The position numbers and the translations under genes were made by a program. 64,000 nt of DNA. Origin: Barthelona sp. PCE. Its lineage: Eukaryota. The stretch covers positions 1,240,001 through 1,304,000 of the forward strand of contig JAUFOR010000003.1 of the NCBI GenBank assembly GCA_040285745.1, read 5' to 3'. Shown here in pieces: positions 37,601 to 45,080 of the stretch. The notes beneath the pieces were generated by a model. The model saw only the letters and a list, made by a program, of their open reading frames with translations, made no database searches and was not told the origin of the DNA. How positions within the stretch are numbered: the stretch's first letter is position 1; each line of letters starts with the position of its first letter.

Positions 37601-38200
37601 AATGTTAATGAACTGAACGATGGTGATATCCTTCGCCTCAATGCAGTTGATAAGCAAACATCAATCATTGTACTTCTTGAAGACTCACATGCTAAGTTGG
37701 TGAAGGAAGAAGTTGAGAATGTCAGTGAGCATGGTGAAGGTGAAATTGAAGGTGTTGAAGACGTTGATATCATCAATGGTGTTCCTTTATCGTTCTTCCT
37801 TATGGCTAGGCGTGTCTTCTGGAAACGAATCTTTGAAAATGGTAATTATATATCATTCACAACCGAAAATGATCCTAATCACATCATATTCACAGCAGAG
37901 AACGCCCAGATTAAGGGTATTCTGCTGAGCGCGTCTTATGGCGCATCTACTCAAATCGTTTGTCAGCTCATCAATGAGGCAATCGATGAATGTACCGAGA
38001 TTCCTGTTCGACTCAATGGTGATGAACGTATTCTTGCGCACCTTAGTTGTATTGTTGAAGGTGATCATCGTGGTATATGTTTAAGATATACTCCACCTCG
38101 TTCTCTTACACGTATGGGATCTCAGGCTTCTGTTGCTTCTTTGGCGTCATTAAACCGGTCTGTGACACCTGACAGAGCATCTAGCCACAGCAAATTGTAA
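28637..38200 (+). CDS. Divergent, C-terminally truncated axonemal dynein heavy chain-like protein (DNAH6-like tail), 3187 aa
   Basis: DNAH6-type N-terminus (FFKLFVLRKNFQIWRKFIR). Linker LEKELENIEVQW...LGEWIQRI...VQKDWLYF. Four P-loop positions (HGTGKL, GDQDSGKT, NDRFSGVS, GPRAVGKK) and stalk coiled coils. Confidence 0.8.
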   Translation: MSEASFSNRLYAQNSVKKTAASKKTGLRMLTRSERQERSKLMKTRPASASRPGSRKSTRRVSTTDENYSPKEENMSVESSTTAIQCPQDYLQQLEDEDGFLYLTSTEEGFYELKVLSTTPKTYPFWTVSRNGFTYNASETTVDFWTTKNFFKEQKLTKNLMRLKFFKLFVLRKNFQIWRKFIRNRKMTFAIKKFNTSIRSIPYLLQTLEQIKLLLHNNFYSLDWPNLKDYYFLNDFCGNLKDFQQIMQENFLNTFRDIKELVLTACQIHFKTEMAKNMTQTATVNTVNKRSLDLNDEDDNRPRHLSYQELAKQKSISKNLMGFLVLIDLMVFEFLRCKILDMTRFLLAFIMGISCNERCNIIDESQADEHLAPMYHGDYQLFMPFKSRTDLIVDESEDVKAGIGLSLQLTVESLSVNPSMRDFVESLGSILSDFRKLASCYTRLVLDPDFGSIIEKAGVTTGAFENTLSVINGMIREDQWYRNVVSQIKTIVRDNYVLVKQYLAKYNSYQTILANNKDWVIREDESVDWYRSCIEKFTEDRKMIEEVPAFKIVGELFKLDFEYMVATLRPIIERNLDSIYALLPKILKAKSEALIDTYKGYNKQLLNDINTVEQFYNARQLLDYLEESESKNLEKEERYVRNIHEVLEDYGPEYLGDLESAIFKNLNFESENFIRSSEKLENYLEDRFTFFQKKHFNNVKVFKESLSALIEEIQDSAFYQWDSSINLGLPDPTATPQDITRMNTTSDNVRRLISRTSSLKKDITKHLSTRDQFIDYSKILDPSERINLDDILALSKEITAKNLLWESIEDFRVYLINMCCVPFTKINLKELKDEIAKYEDIYTQIITTIGENNVITEFKKQVELGGVAPHLVEIFTSPSLQDRHFITIEKLLTNTKLPPDNQLTLSWCLTNGVNHLLEKLKAINDQAIIESDLEKELENIEVQWTEINVSMVNDSDKDLYIVGDITRVLETIDNHLAILQRLKQNPFVAAIEQRLGEWIQRINQIATSLDIFLQVQKDWLYFFAVFNETDVPKLLSDVAPVYNFVDRGMKELCENLRVNPNVLASFSRPNSLENLRKFKDKLAVIRDRLNNFIKRRKHNFKRLLLLPDSHILDLFVSTGKKAFVTETAPLMTTGPTASAAARPFSGLQYAQVKLGSASHKIPKYVDRDYPTFKSIFNFDQLRISVANEEEKIIGGEIIGVQDKYTSLQLEGFKPRGTLDTWLDALQDQISFALKKNVIVGLQKYFTMDLPTRVTKMLPQVHMLVEELHFSKRIEDIINGSDMLRELPALHTMLQTRIRDLSDYFAKSLTKEKFYRFSNCLVLLQRHVQVVEGLIRAKDIADTRWKESLHFITNVDLNIDETANINDMAESLRIQLVYKNRAFDYSFEFMGLELNPVFSPEAVQALKDLLENPSNLVLLKSNEHGTGKLSVIQMLSIMLGRFSVFVDGQPDESVDPSHIFDILRCGVECGIICGIKDANRFSSEFFTRVFDFVKSSISTINNAQSRYFVSSEFSDEFNRVDVFDSSFICMTSCNLSQEHISIESEDCPYTTVIDYYLDSVEYITSIWLEIMGFQRISELAENIATLSMYATNVLGSVNDFTREIDVFEHSLPEKKFFFGLPVILRWVKHASILHTIEPDASEDQIIVKAIISLESPKFSNEQESEEFYDLVEKIFSAKDEEFIDEAGIYTNRPPLPSSQRMERTTSQGILGKEVDEEESLVGIVIDDISAAQESSIEQVRLLIETQSGCLPIPEQIQKVVELTLILDSTDSVLLIGDQDSGKTTVLHLTADHYMTLHPDRSVKVVTMTPSAQPDELDMIVELLRNPKTTHEDGLVIDNESEVWLHLNGVPNFSSSLLHLLKGFPNVKLILEVDSLQMVDPKVISKCQVIAISNCITWMHVLQTRVARLISSGYPEIVCTALIDNLEPAVPKVLQFLENYDLVLGRQKIMIDSTFYMFEVLFEVIISQTIAMSKKKEQTVLEYLEHQADTRPKDLKQLVMKVLSFAITWCFAGQLSVDERHKFDTFLRKELSYLNFALGITCFDWYFDVESQTALEWRLDPVILTMPHNGKTFIIHDEARKFLYISLLFAFTGQNILVYNDRFSGVSSIIEVLQYLLAHPIEISKYIPAPLPDFGSLNFSTQYYAADNHTTFDNMLARIEKDYDFRVKVLKPLQEDTVGFCVIENLESWVDTQSIDYVGSVVSNNQYYKQSKLIDVEMFQFFMSCSNTIDMHQLPWSLKKANTILQFNEYSTSSLTEMFNSYCLRRLEDIEMTREIETVLKESVVETLLSLFTVIPEELPIDHYYINYVFNSNGISEVLDFFCRKMRKAATIDPNNLIDFIRPVFEWSINTYLDRLSLLIDSNDTEMRQLLKTKLDEEMSARFNLSPSDVDVNDQFISPHLFEFETWEERPEQFDLYEDLKPRIARLADVMTQKGGNVHCSLIGPRAVGKKTTLKYVCHKSNIAYFDLSSERNATTIIQEAVVHVTNTMENSVLVIDNALLDDEILTLVLNVIRGHAKRVVNQLWRTPEEIAGLFSNLQSVAKKKNRSDTDSALWGQLLSQITQSLHICLLFTPQDFFNRIDVCPDLCSKTVSIVVAKWPEYVFRNKAQDVIKEIGLDSDVDLIEIFKRTELEPESNPVVFLNWLNSYKELYLSRSSDIASNIEARIKAVESVKTISSIIVSYQEQLKNTETSISDMASKSDSLIMELARKQKQLDMLKNGLEDVNDRIKTVLEKMNQKQAEIAAELSDHTDALKALQQQIAGGNFFSQFVEEFSSDTFNQVQKVVLNCFSTLPPDLTVQRIKDDWPTFIVLFDDFDSAFWSESVSRFKSHDTESLRANHPFSSIVLMWMKHITNYWNGRESLKDERAMVDDQKKMLEGLKTDLTTKLDEKDVQTDDLNVVKTQFEQISNEKATLATDRSKWSAYVDLGEQLISKTAASLNVWSDEAERLKEEYAELYKHIYGIPSSDVNSGFIKFKLPSTPLITQINSVNVNELNDGDILRLNAVDKQTSIIVLLEDSHAKLVKEEVENVSEHGEGEIEGVEDVDIINGVPLSFFLMARRVFWKRIFENGNYISFTTENDPNHIIFTAENAQIKGILLSASYGASTQIVCQLINEAIDECTEIPVRLNGDERILAHLSCIVEGDHRGICLRYTPPRSLTRMGSQASVASLASLNRSVTPDRASSHSKL

Positions 38201-38234
38201 AAAAAGCTTGTATTTGATAGTACTACCCTTTTTA

Positions 38235-38735
38235 ATGTCTAAAGCAGAAATATGCGAACTGCTGTCAATGCCCAAGGATGTTGCAGACGAAGAACTTCTT
38301 GATAATGTGTTGAAGACTCTTTTAGCTAGTCAAGAACGAATTTGTATTTTGGAATCTTCTTTGCATTTAAGAAATGAACCACCTTTGGAGTCAGACATAT
38401 CTGCATACTACTTGAACAAAGAACTTAATCACGTGTTTCTTCAAATGAATAGAAGGATTCAACATTTGGAAGTAGTTTCTACAAATGACGAATCTATTCG
38501 TACACAAAACTCTATTTTAAGAGAAGAAAACGATCGGTTAGTACGTGCCTTGTTGGCTCGTACCAATAATACAACATCTTTGAGTGATGTTGAAAATGAA
38601 CTACTTACTAGCAATGTTGTAGGAGTTAATTCTCCCATCTTGCAGGAGTTTACCGAACAAATCGATACATTAAAGACCGAAAATTTTCGCTTAAAGCTCA
38701 AGTTAAAAAGTTTAGTTCCATCCAATGTTGAATAA
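38235..38735 (+). CDS. Hypothetical coiled-coil protein
   Basis: ATG-initiated ORF with heptad segments (ILREENDRLVRAL, IDTLKTENFRLKLKL). Confidence 0.55.
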   Translation: MSKAEICELLSMPKDVADEELLDNVLKTLLASQERICILESSLHLRNEPPLESDISAYYLNKELNHVFLQMNRRIQHLEVVSTNDESIRTQNSILREENDRLVRALLARTNNTTSLSDVENELLTSNVVGVNSPILQEFTEQIDTLKTENFRLKLKLKSLVPSNVE

Positions 38736-39584
38736 TTTTTTTTTTTAGTTCAACTAAAGTCCAAATGACTTACAAAGACAATGACACCTATTTTCTAATG
38801 TGGAAACTGTGAGTATATCCGTTTTGCAGATTATTCCACATGTTAGTGTAAACTGACGATTTATCAATGAGAGTCACCATCAAAGACTATAAATCAACTT
38901 TCTCTGGTATTCAATTAAACAAAGCAAATTTATTATCAAAAACAGTGTCAAAAAATTCACAAAACAATTAAGATTAAAAAGAGGGCTCATACAAAATTCG
39001 TAAACGAATTAACTTGGCTTATATAAGTTATCGGTGTCATCAGAGTCGAATCAATAAAAACAAGAAGACATAAAAATATGTTCACACCATCAAATTATCA
39101 TCAGCGCCCATATTAGGATTAACTAACATCTTGCATTGCTCAATAGAGCAGTACAATGATACAAAACTACAACAATATTATTATTTCATACTAAAAATTA
39201 GAAGATCTACATATCAGATTAAAATAAAGTTTCCGCATAATAATTCAGAAACACGGATTTATCATCAGGCAAAAACATACACTATAAACGTATATGAAAC
39301 GAATAGGGTTGTAAAATATAAAGTAAGTTATTAGTGTCACCTGTTCATTCACACGCTTGTGGAGCGCCTCAAATATACAATACACAGTTGCTCGTGCACT
39401 TAAAATAGGCACAGATGGTCATATCACTTTTTTTTGTTCCTTCATTTTTACTCCACTTCAAATATCATTATTTCGTTGCAGATACCTCCGAAAACTATTT
39501 TAGCACCATCTTTACTTCACTGAATCACATCACTTTACTCAAACTATACCTGCATATTGTTGCATCACTATTATCACATAATGT

Positions 39585-40736
39585 TTACATTCCTTGAACT
39601 GGCTGGAACAGTTGACAAGCAAAGCCAGAGAAATCCTTAAGTTGCTTACCAGCAGGAGAAACTGAACTCAGAACATGTACATCAACACCGTTCTCTCTAC
39701 ATGTCTGAATTAATCTATCAATAGCAGTTCTATAAGTAGCGAAATCATACTTTGAGCTCTTTGGTAGTGTCTTCATTGCAGCATCTGCAACTAAAAGCAT
39801 CTTAATATTTCCATCTGCTGCAGCCATTAAACATGCTTCAAAACCATAGCATACTCTATCAGGAGTCCTTGCAAGCATTGTCAGGAAGTTCTCCCACACT
39901 TCCTGTTCCTTTGATATGTTAGTTTCTATATCTAAAGCTTTAAAAACATGATGCAAACTTGTTGAAGATCCCGAGGGTAATGTTACTACTTGGAATTTAT
40001 CTCTGTTATTATACAACCCTTGTGGTATGTTGTTGGGATCAGAGCCGACAAGACCAACGAACTGTTCTGCCAGAAAACCAGTGGAAGCAACTGCAAAAAG
40101 TGGAACTTCTTGATATATATGATCGGGAATACTTGATCTCATAGCATGAATCGTTTGTCTGAAGAGGTCTACCGTCCGGGGGTTAAGACCCTCTGCATCG
40201 AGATTAACGTTACTATCCTTAACAGATGCCTTTGAGGTCTTGATATGAAATTTCTGCAATACAACGTTGTTACTGACGAAAAATAAACTTGCGCTTTTGC
40301 GTTCAAATAATAAACACATGGCAACTGTGTTCGCTGGTGCTGCGACACTTTCTCTCAGTAGTTTGATGGCATCTCTGGACCATCCGCCAAGAGGTTTACG
40401 AATACCAACCACAAGACCCTCTGTAATCGTCATGTTACGGTTGGACCCTCTAGTTAAAGCACGAGTTCCATGTGCTACCTTTCCTGAAACCTCAACAGCA
40501 CCTTCTGAAGGCTCAAACTTAACGTCTTCGACCTCTACAATAACCGTTTCAACAATTCGACCCGATCTTACAGCTCCGCTGGACGTCACCGTCTTCTCCC
40601 TGTTTGAAACCTTGGCTGAAACGTGATCTCCCAACTCGATCAAATTGAAAATTGTCCACAAATCGTTGTATGATTCAGGACAAAGCTTGTTAATCGCCTC
40701 ATCATCCCTGAGAATGTGTTTTGAAACCAATCGCAT
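39585..40736 (-). CDS. PELO: Pelota/Dom34 ribosome-rescue factor (divergent)
   Basis: MRLV...CPESYNDLWTIFNLIELGDHVSA, AVASTGF, RVCYGFEAC and VHVLSSVSPAGKQLKDFSGFACQL give the eRF1-like domain 1-3 layout of pelota. Confidence 0.8.
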   Translation of the reverse strand: MRLVSKHILRDDEAINKLCPESYNDLWTIFNLIELGDHVSAKVSNREKTVTSSGAVRSGRIVETVIVEVEDVKFEPSEGAVEVSGKVAHGTRALTRGSNRNMTITEGLVVGIRKPLGGWSRDAIKLLRESVAAPANTVAMCLLFERKSASLFFVSNNVVLQKFHIKTSKASVKDSNVNLDAEGLNPRTVDLFRQTIHAMRSSIPDHIYQEVPLFAVASTGFLAEQFVGLVGSDPNNIPQGLYNNRDKFQVVTLPSGSSTSLHHVFKALDIETNISKEQEVWENFLTMLARTPDRVCYGFEACLMAAADGNIKMLLVADAAMKTLPKSSKYDFATYRTAIDRLIQTCRENGVDVHVLSSVSPAGKQLKDFSGFACQLFQPVQGM

Positions 40737-40974
40737 GAATAGAAAGAGTAAAAAAAAAAATACAATTTTAGGTTCAGCATTATAGTATGAATGTGTGCAT
40801 AGCCGGCACAATTAACCACACCTCTATTCATTTAAAGCAGAAACATAATGCTTAAAGGGAGTCTCTCCTTTTTCAGCCAAAATAACGCTTTTCAAAGCAT
40901 ACAATAGGATCTTATGTGGGTCATATGCAGTTTTATTCAATATATTACATAAAAATAAGGTTTACTATACTAGT

Positions 40975-43239
40975 TTAGACAAAATTATCTTCTGGAACAA
41001 CAGATGTATGAATGAGAATGGCACCCTCCTCTTCGTTATCATCTCTTAACAAATGAGTTTTCTCATTCTCCAACAGAACATCATGAGTAATTGGAAGATT
41101 CTTAACACAATAATGATAACGAATATATATTGCACTACAAAAGAAATATGGAACAGCACTTGTCAGATACTCCTTCCAACCAAATGAGAACAATAACAAT
41201 GATGTAGAAACCAAGAATCCAAAGATTGCAAAACAATCCATGACATAGTAACTGATTTTTCCTTCAAAAATTCGTTTAAAACGACCTGTAACCATGCTTA
41301 ACGAGCTGGAATATTGGGAACGCGCAACAATAACACGCATGTATGTTGACCATGTGACGGGTACGTAAACCATAAAGAGTAACAAGATGGATGCGAGCGA
41401 TATAAACAGTGCTCTAGCTCTTGCTCCCCAGCGATAGACGCCCCAAAACGTCACCACCGCCCATTTTCCAGCGAAAACACGACCCATACATATATAACCG
41501 GAACAAAAGATGATGAGCCAAATGACAAATGTGATAAAAACTCTGCGTGGTAACAATCTGAACCTCAGTGCTTTCTTCAGTTTTCTGATGGACTTTAGGT
41601 TCTTATTATCATCCTTTTTCTGTTCCGGAATAGGAGTACCCGGATTATCTAACAACCGTTGCACAATGAGAGAGTTGGCTTCGATTGATGCACTACGGTT
41701 ACGGTTACGGATCAAGCGACGTAGCTGCATTCTTTTCGAGAAGGCGCTGGTCAGTGGGCCAGCAATTGCCGTAAAAACAGCAATGACAACACCTAACCAG
41801 AACATTGTGTGTGCAACACCTGGAAAATCCGCATTAAGGACGATACGCCCAAAGTTAATGGGGACCCGCTGCGTCCAACCGTCGAAATCAAATGAATGCT
41901 TGAATGTATGTGAATTTCCACATGAATCTGTGCTGGTAACAATCAACACACCACGTCTATCCATGTTAACTGGATGTAGCGCTGCATACATATCACCATT
42001 ATTTCCACCATTGAAACCAATAGGTCCAAGCTTCTCAAACGAAATTGTTTGATTTTTGATGTGGCCAACAACTGCAGTGACAGCACAACCTTGTTTTGAA
42101 TATGATAACACCCTAAAATGGGTCGATGATTGCATCCTGTATAAGGGTTGTGTACGCATCAGGAGCTGTCTGCTCGGTGGCATCGTAACTATTGTCTTTG
42201 GGAACGTATAGATATCATACTCCATTGACGATAAAATACCGTGATCAACAGTGTTGATTCTGAACTGCGCGTTCTTCAACGGTGGTGCCTCGATCTCAAC
42301 AGAAGAGTATGGGATGGAGTCCCTCTCAAAGCGGAACGTTGTGTCGATTGTATGTAAATGACCGACGAAACTGGCATCGAAATTGGAAACAAACTGGTCG
42401 TAATCAACTTCACGGGTGATAATACTAGATCTTGGGTGGTGCTGCGCAAGAGTTACAAGTGCAGAATGGTCTGCGTTCTCAAGATCGTGCAGCATATCAC
42501 CAATAATTCTATGTGAAATATATCCAAACGTACCCAGAGGCCAGACCATACCAGGAACGCTATTACTATCAACAACAAGCACATGTATGTGAGAGGAGCC
42601 CTTAGCAATGTCAAAGCTATAGAGATCCGGCGAATAACCAAGATTTGGAGAAACTCCATACTTCAAGTAGTAATTTTCATCAGCATCAAAACGATTAATA
42701 ACGTTGTAGTTATCGTGGTTACCCCTGATGTCGAACCATGGTACCGATATGTTACCTAACGTCTCGTTATAGATTCTCCACTCAACATGTTGTGAATGCA
42801 GACTCGAACGCGGCGTTAAAAGACCGGTTTTCTCGAGACTTGTGGTAATGTCTCCCGTGCACAATACAAAATCTGGCTGAAATTCTGATAGTTCTTCCAT
42901 AAATGAAGATAAGTAAGTGGTAGTAGCATCTTTGTCGATCATTATGTGGATGTCCGATACGTGCACGAATGATAATACCGAATCCGTTTGATTTCCAACG
43001 GGAGTCTCATTCTCAACTGGACGTATAGGAATTTGACCTTCAGACTGGAACCAAAGTGTAAAAATACTGGGGAGAACAGCTAGCCCCAACGTTATAACAA
43101 CGTACACAATGAAAAATGTGACGAAAGGCCTGTTATAATGCATGCAAAAGAATATGCAGAAATTTTTCGTCAATGTACAATCCGCATCAGCTACACAAAG
43201 GGGATGTGCGGATCTACCCCATAAAACAACTGCCACCAT
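40975..43239 (-). CDS. TMEM62-like membrane metallophosphoesterase
   Basis: Calcineurin-like motifs VSDIH, TGD, DIRGNHD, HHP and VGHLH, with an N-terminal anchor and several C-terminal TM helices. Start is ATG 43239 or 43143. Confidence 0.75.
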   Translation of the reverse strand: MVAVVLWGRSAHPLCVADADCTLTKNFCIFFCMHYNRPFVTFFIVYVVITLGLAVLPSIFTLWFQSEGQIPIRPVENETPVGNQTDSVLSFVHVSDIHIMIDKDATTTYLSSFMEELSEFQPDFVLCTGDITTSLEKTGLLTPRSSLHSQHVEWRIYNETLGNISVPWFDIRGNHDNYNVINRFDADENYYLKYGVSPNLGYSPDLYSFDIAKGSSHIHVLVVDSNSVPGMVWPLGTFGYISHRIIGDMLHDLENADHSALVTLAQHHPRSSIITREVDYDQFVSNFDASFVGHLHTIDTTFRFERDSIPYSSVEIEAPPLKNAQFRINTVDHGILSSMEYDIYTFPKTIVTMPPSRQLLMRTQPLYRMQSSTHFRVLSYSKQGCAVTAVVGHIKNQTISFEKLGPIGFNGGNNGDMYAALHPVNMDRRGVLIVTSTDSCGNSHTFKHSFDFDGWTQRVPINFGRIVLNADFPGVAHTMFWLGVVIAVFTAIAGPLTSAFSKRMQLRRLIRNRNRSASIEANSLIVQRLLDNPGTPIPEQKKDDNKNLKSIRKLKKALRFRLLPRRVFITFVIWLIIFCSGYICMGRVFAGKWAVVTFWGVYRWGARARALFISLASILLLFMVYVPVTWSTYMRVIVARSQYSSSLSMVTGRFKRIFEGKISYYVMDCFAIFGFLVSTSLLLFSFGWKEYLTSAVPYFFCSAIYIRYHYCVKNLPITHDVLLENEKTHLLRDDNEEEGAILIHTSVVPEDNFV

Positions 43240-43272
43240 TAGAAAAAAAATGATTCTGAGTTTATTATACAA

Positions 43273-44785
43273 TTACCACCTTCTGCGATACCTTGTGGGG
43301 TTATTGTACTTGATTGGCCTGTGATTAATGGGGTTATATCTAGATACATGCTGATTATTGCTGTAATTCCTGGCAGAATATTTTTGTTGAACAGGATTAT
43401 TCTTCTTCCCCTTCACTTCTTTTTCTAATCCGAAACGGCCAATTGGCTTGATTGCCTTGTTCTTTTGCAGCCTTGCTGGGGAACTATTAATCTCCGGTTG
43501 ACGAGGAGGTTGGTTTTTTTGCAAATTCAGTTTTGGTACAGTAATTGTCCGACTCCCATCCTGACTAGCACCTGATGACAGTTTAGAACCCCTAAACGAA
43601 GGGCGAGCTACATGAGAACCACTGTTATCACCGTCAAAACTTGGATTACTGAATCCAATCTGTAAACTCGGCAATTTTATACTTTTTCGTGATTCAAGTG
43701 TAAATTGTTGTGTGGGAAGCCTAGGCTGAAGCTTCATGAGGTTTCTGGGTACTTTAATGGTTGGTACAAGTTCAAAATCGATATTACTATCGTACAGGTC
43801 TAGCAATGATTCAGGTACAAGATGCATTCTCTGTTCAACAGCTGGAAAGTCGAGGATCTCATCAATAGAAGGTCTATCATCCATATTAACAACTAGTATC
43901 AGTTTAACCATATTCTGTAAATCATGTGAAAAACGATTCCCAATCTTTGTGAATCTACCACTGCAAACTTTGTTGGCAAGCGTCTTGATGTCATTGGCTT
44001 CAAAAGGGTGACGTAGTGTCATCATCTCAAACAGCAAACAGCCCAAACTCCAAACATCGGATTTGCTGTTATACGGGTTGTTTCGATAGATCTCAGGTGA
44101 TAGATAGTATGGAGTACCGATACTAGTCTCTGCAAACTGATCTCTGCTCTTTAAAAGCTTTGCAACTCCTAGATCTCCAATTTTCACTTGATGATCACTG
44201 GCAAGGAAAATGTTCGCTGCCTTTATGTCTCTGTGAAGGATGTTCTCGTTGTGTAGTGCCTGGAGGCCCATTGCGATTTGAATAAAATAACTCCATACTG
44301 TGTCTTCACTAAAAAACTGTCTTCTAGATTTCAATTTCTTAATACGGTGTTGTAAATCACCGCAACGGGCGTAGTCTGTGACAATGTGTAGCTTATGTGC
44401 TCCCTCGATGAATGCATGCTTATAACGGATAATAAATGGAGAGCAGACACTAGCTAATAGTCTAACTTCGTTAAGAGCTTCAACACGCTCCTTCTGGCTC
44501 ATACTGCGAATATCCACTTCTTTGATTGCATATCTAAAGATTAGCTCTGTAACATAAAATCGTTGGTTAGAATATGATATACAAAGACATCTATAGTTTA
44601 ACTAAACTGTTGTAGAACATCAATTACTGTGACCTCCCACGATTAGATGTGTAATTATGTACCATACGCACCAATTGCAAAAATAGAATAACATACTCTA
44701 GACCATCAGAATGGCGAATTGCACGATATACTTGCCCGAAACTTCCCTTTCCGATGTATTTAACGACTCTGTATTCCCTTAACAT
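43273..44785 (-). CDS. NIMA-related (NEK) Ser/Thr kinase, CNK2/NRK-like; two exons (44697-44785, 43273-44533), 449 aa
   Basis: Exon 1 gives IGKGSFGQVY. Splicing restores GLEYAIKEVDIRSM. HRDIKAANIFL, GDLGVAK, GTPYYLSPE and post-kinase PTIKVPRNL..LQPRLP are present. Confidence 0.9.
44534..44696 (-). other. Spliceosomal intron, 163 nt, in the NEK gene
   Basis: GTATGT...GCTAATCTTTAG. Removal joins the Gly-rich loop to the AIK lysine in frame. Confidence 0.9.
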
Positions 44786-45080
44786 CCGAAAAAAAAAAGG
44801 TTGATAAGGATAAAAATGCGGAAACAACAGAATGTTGTACATAGACAATATATCTATATCCGTCATCGGGAATTCTGGGGTCACAAACCCCACAATGTAC
44901 GCGCAAAAGCATATGTGTTTAATGGAAGATTTCATAACTTTTTAACTCCAGAAAGCAATATGTTGACAATTTTATTGATAAATACTGATGTTGTACACGC
45001 ACACAATACTTTAACCACCAATAAATCCACATACACATTGTAAAAGTGTTTTCCTATTTATCTCTTCTTTCAGTTCTTTC

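Noticed and set aside
37500..38200. Trans-splicing donor at the end of the dynein-like gene
   Set aside because: No convincing GTATG donor followed by non-coding sequence; the frame continues to a natural-looking Ser-rich tail and TAA.
38765..38870. Possible micro-exon ATG...GTGAGT followed by branch-like ACTGAC
   Set aside because: The branch-like motif is not followed by AG at the fixed spacing seen in the three supported introns, and there is no downstream coding exon.
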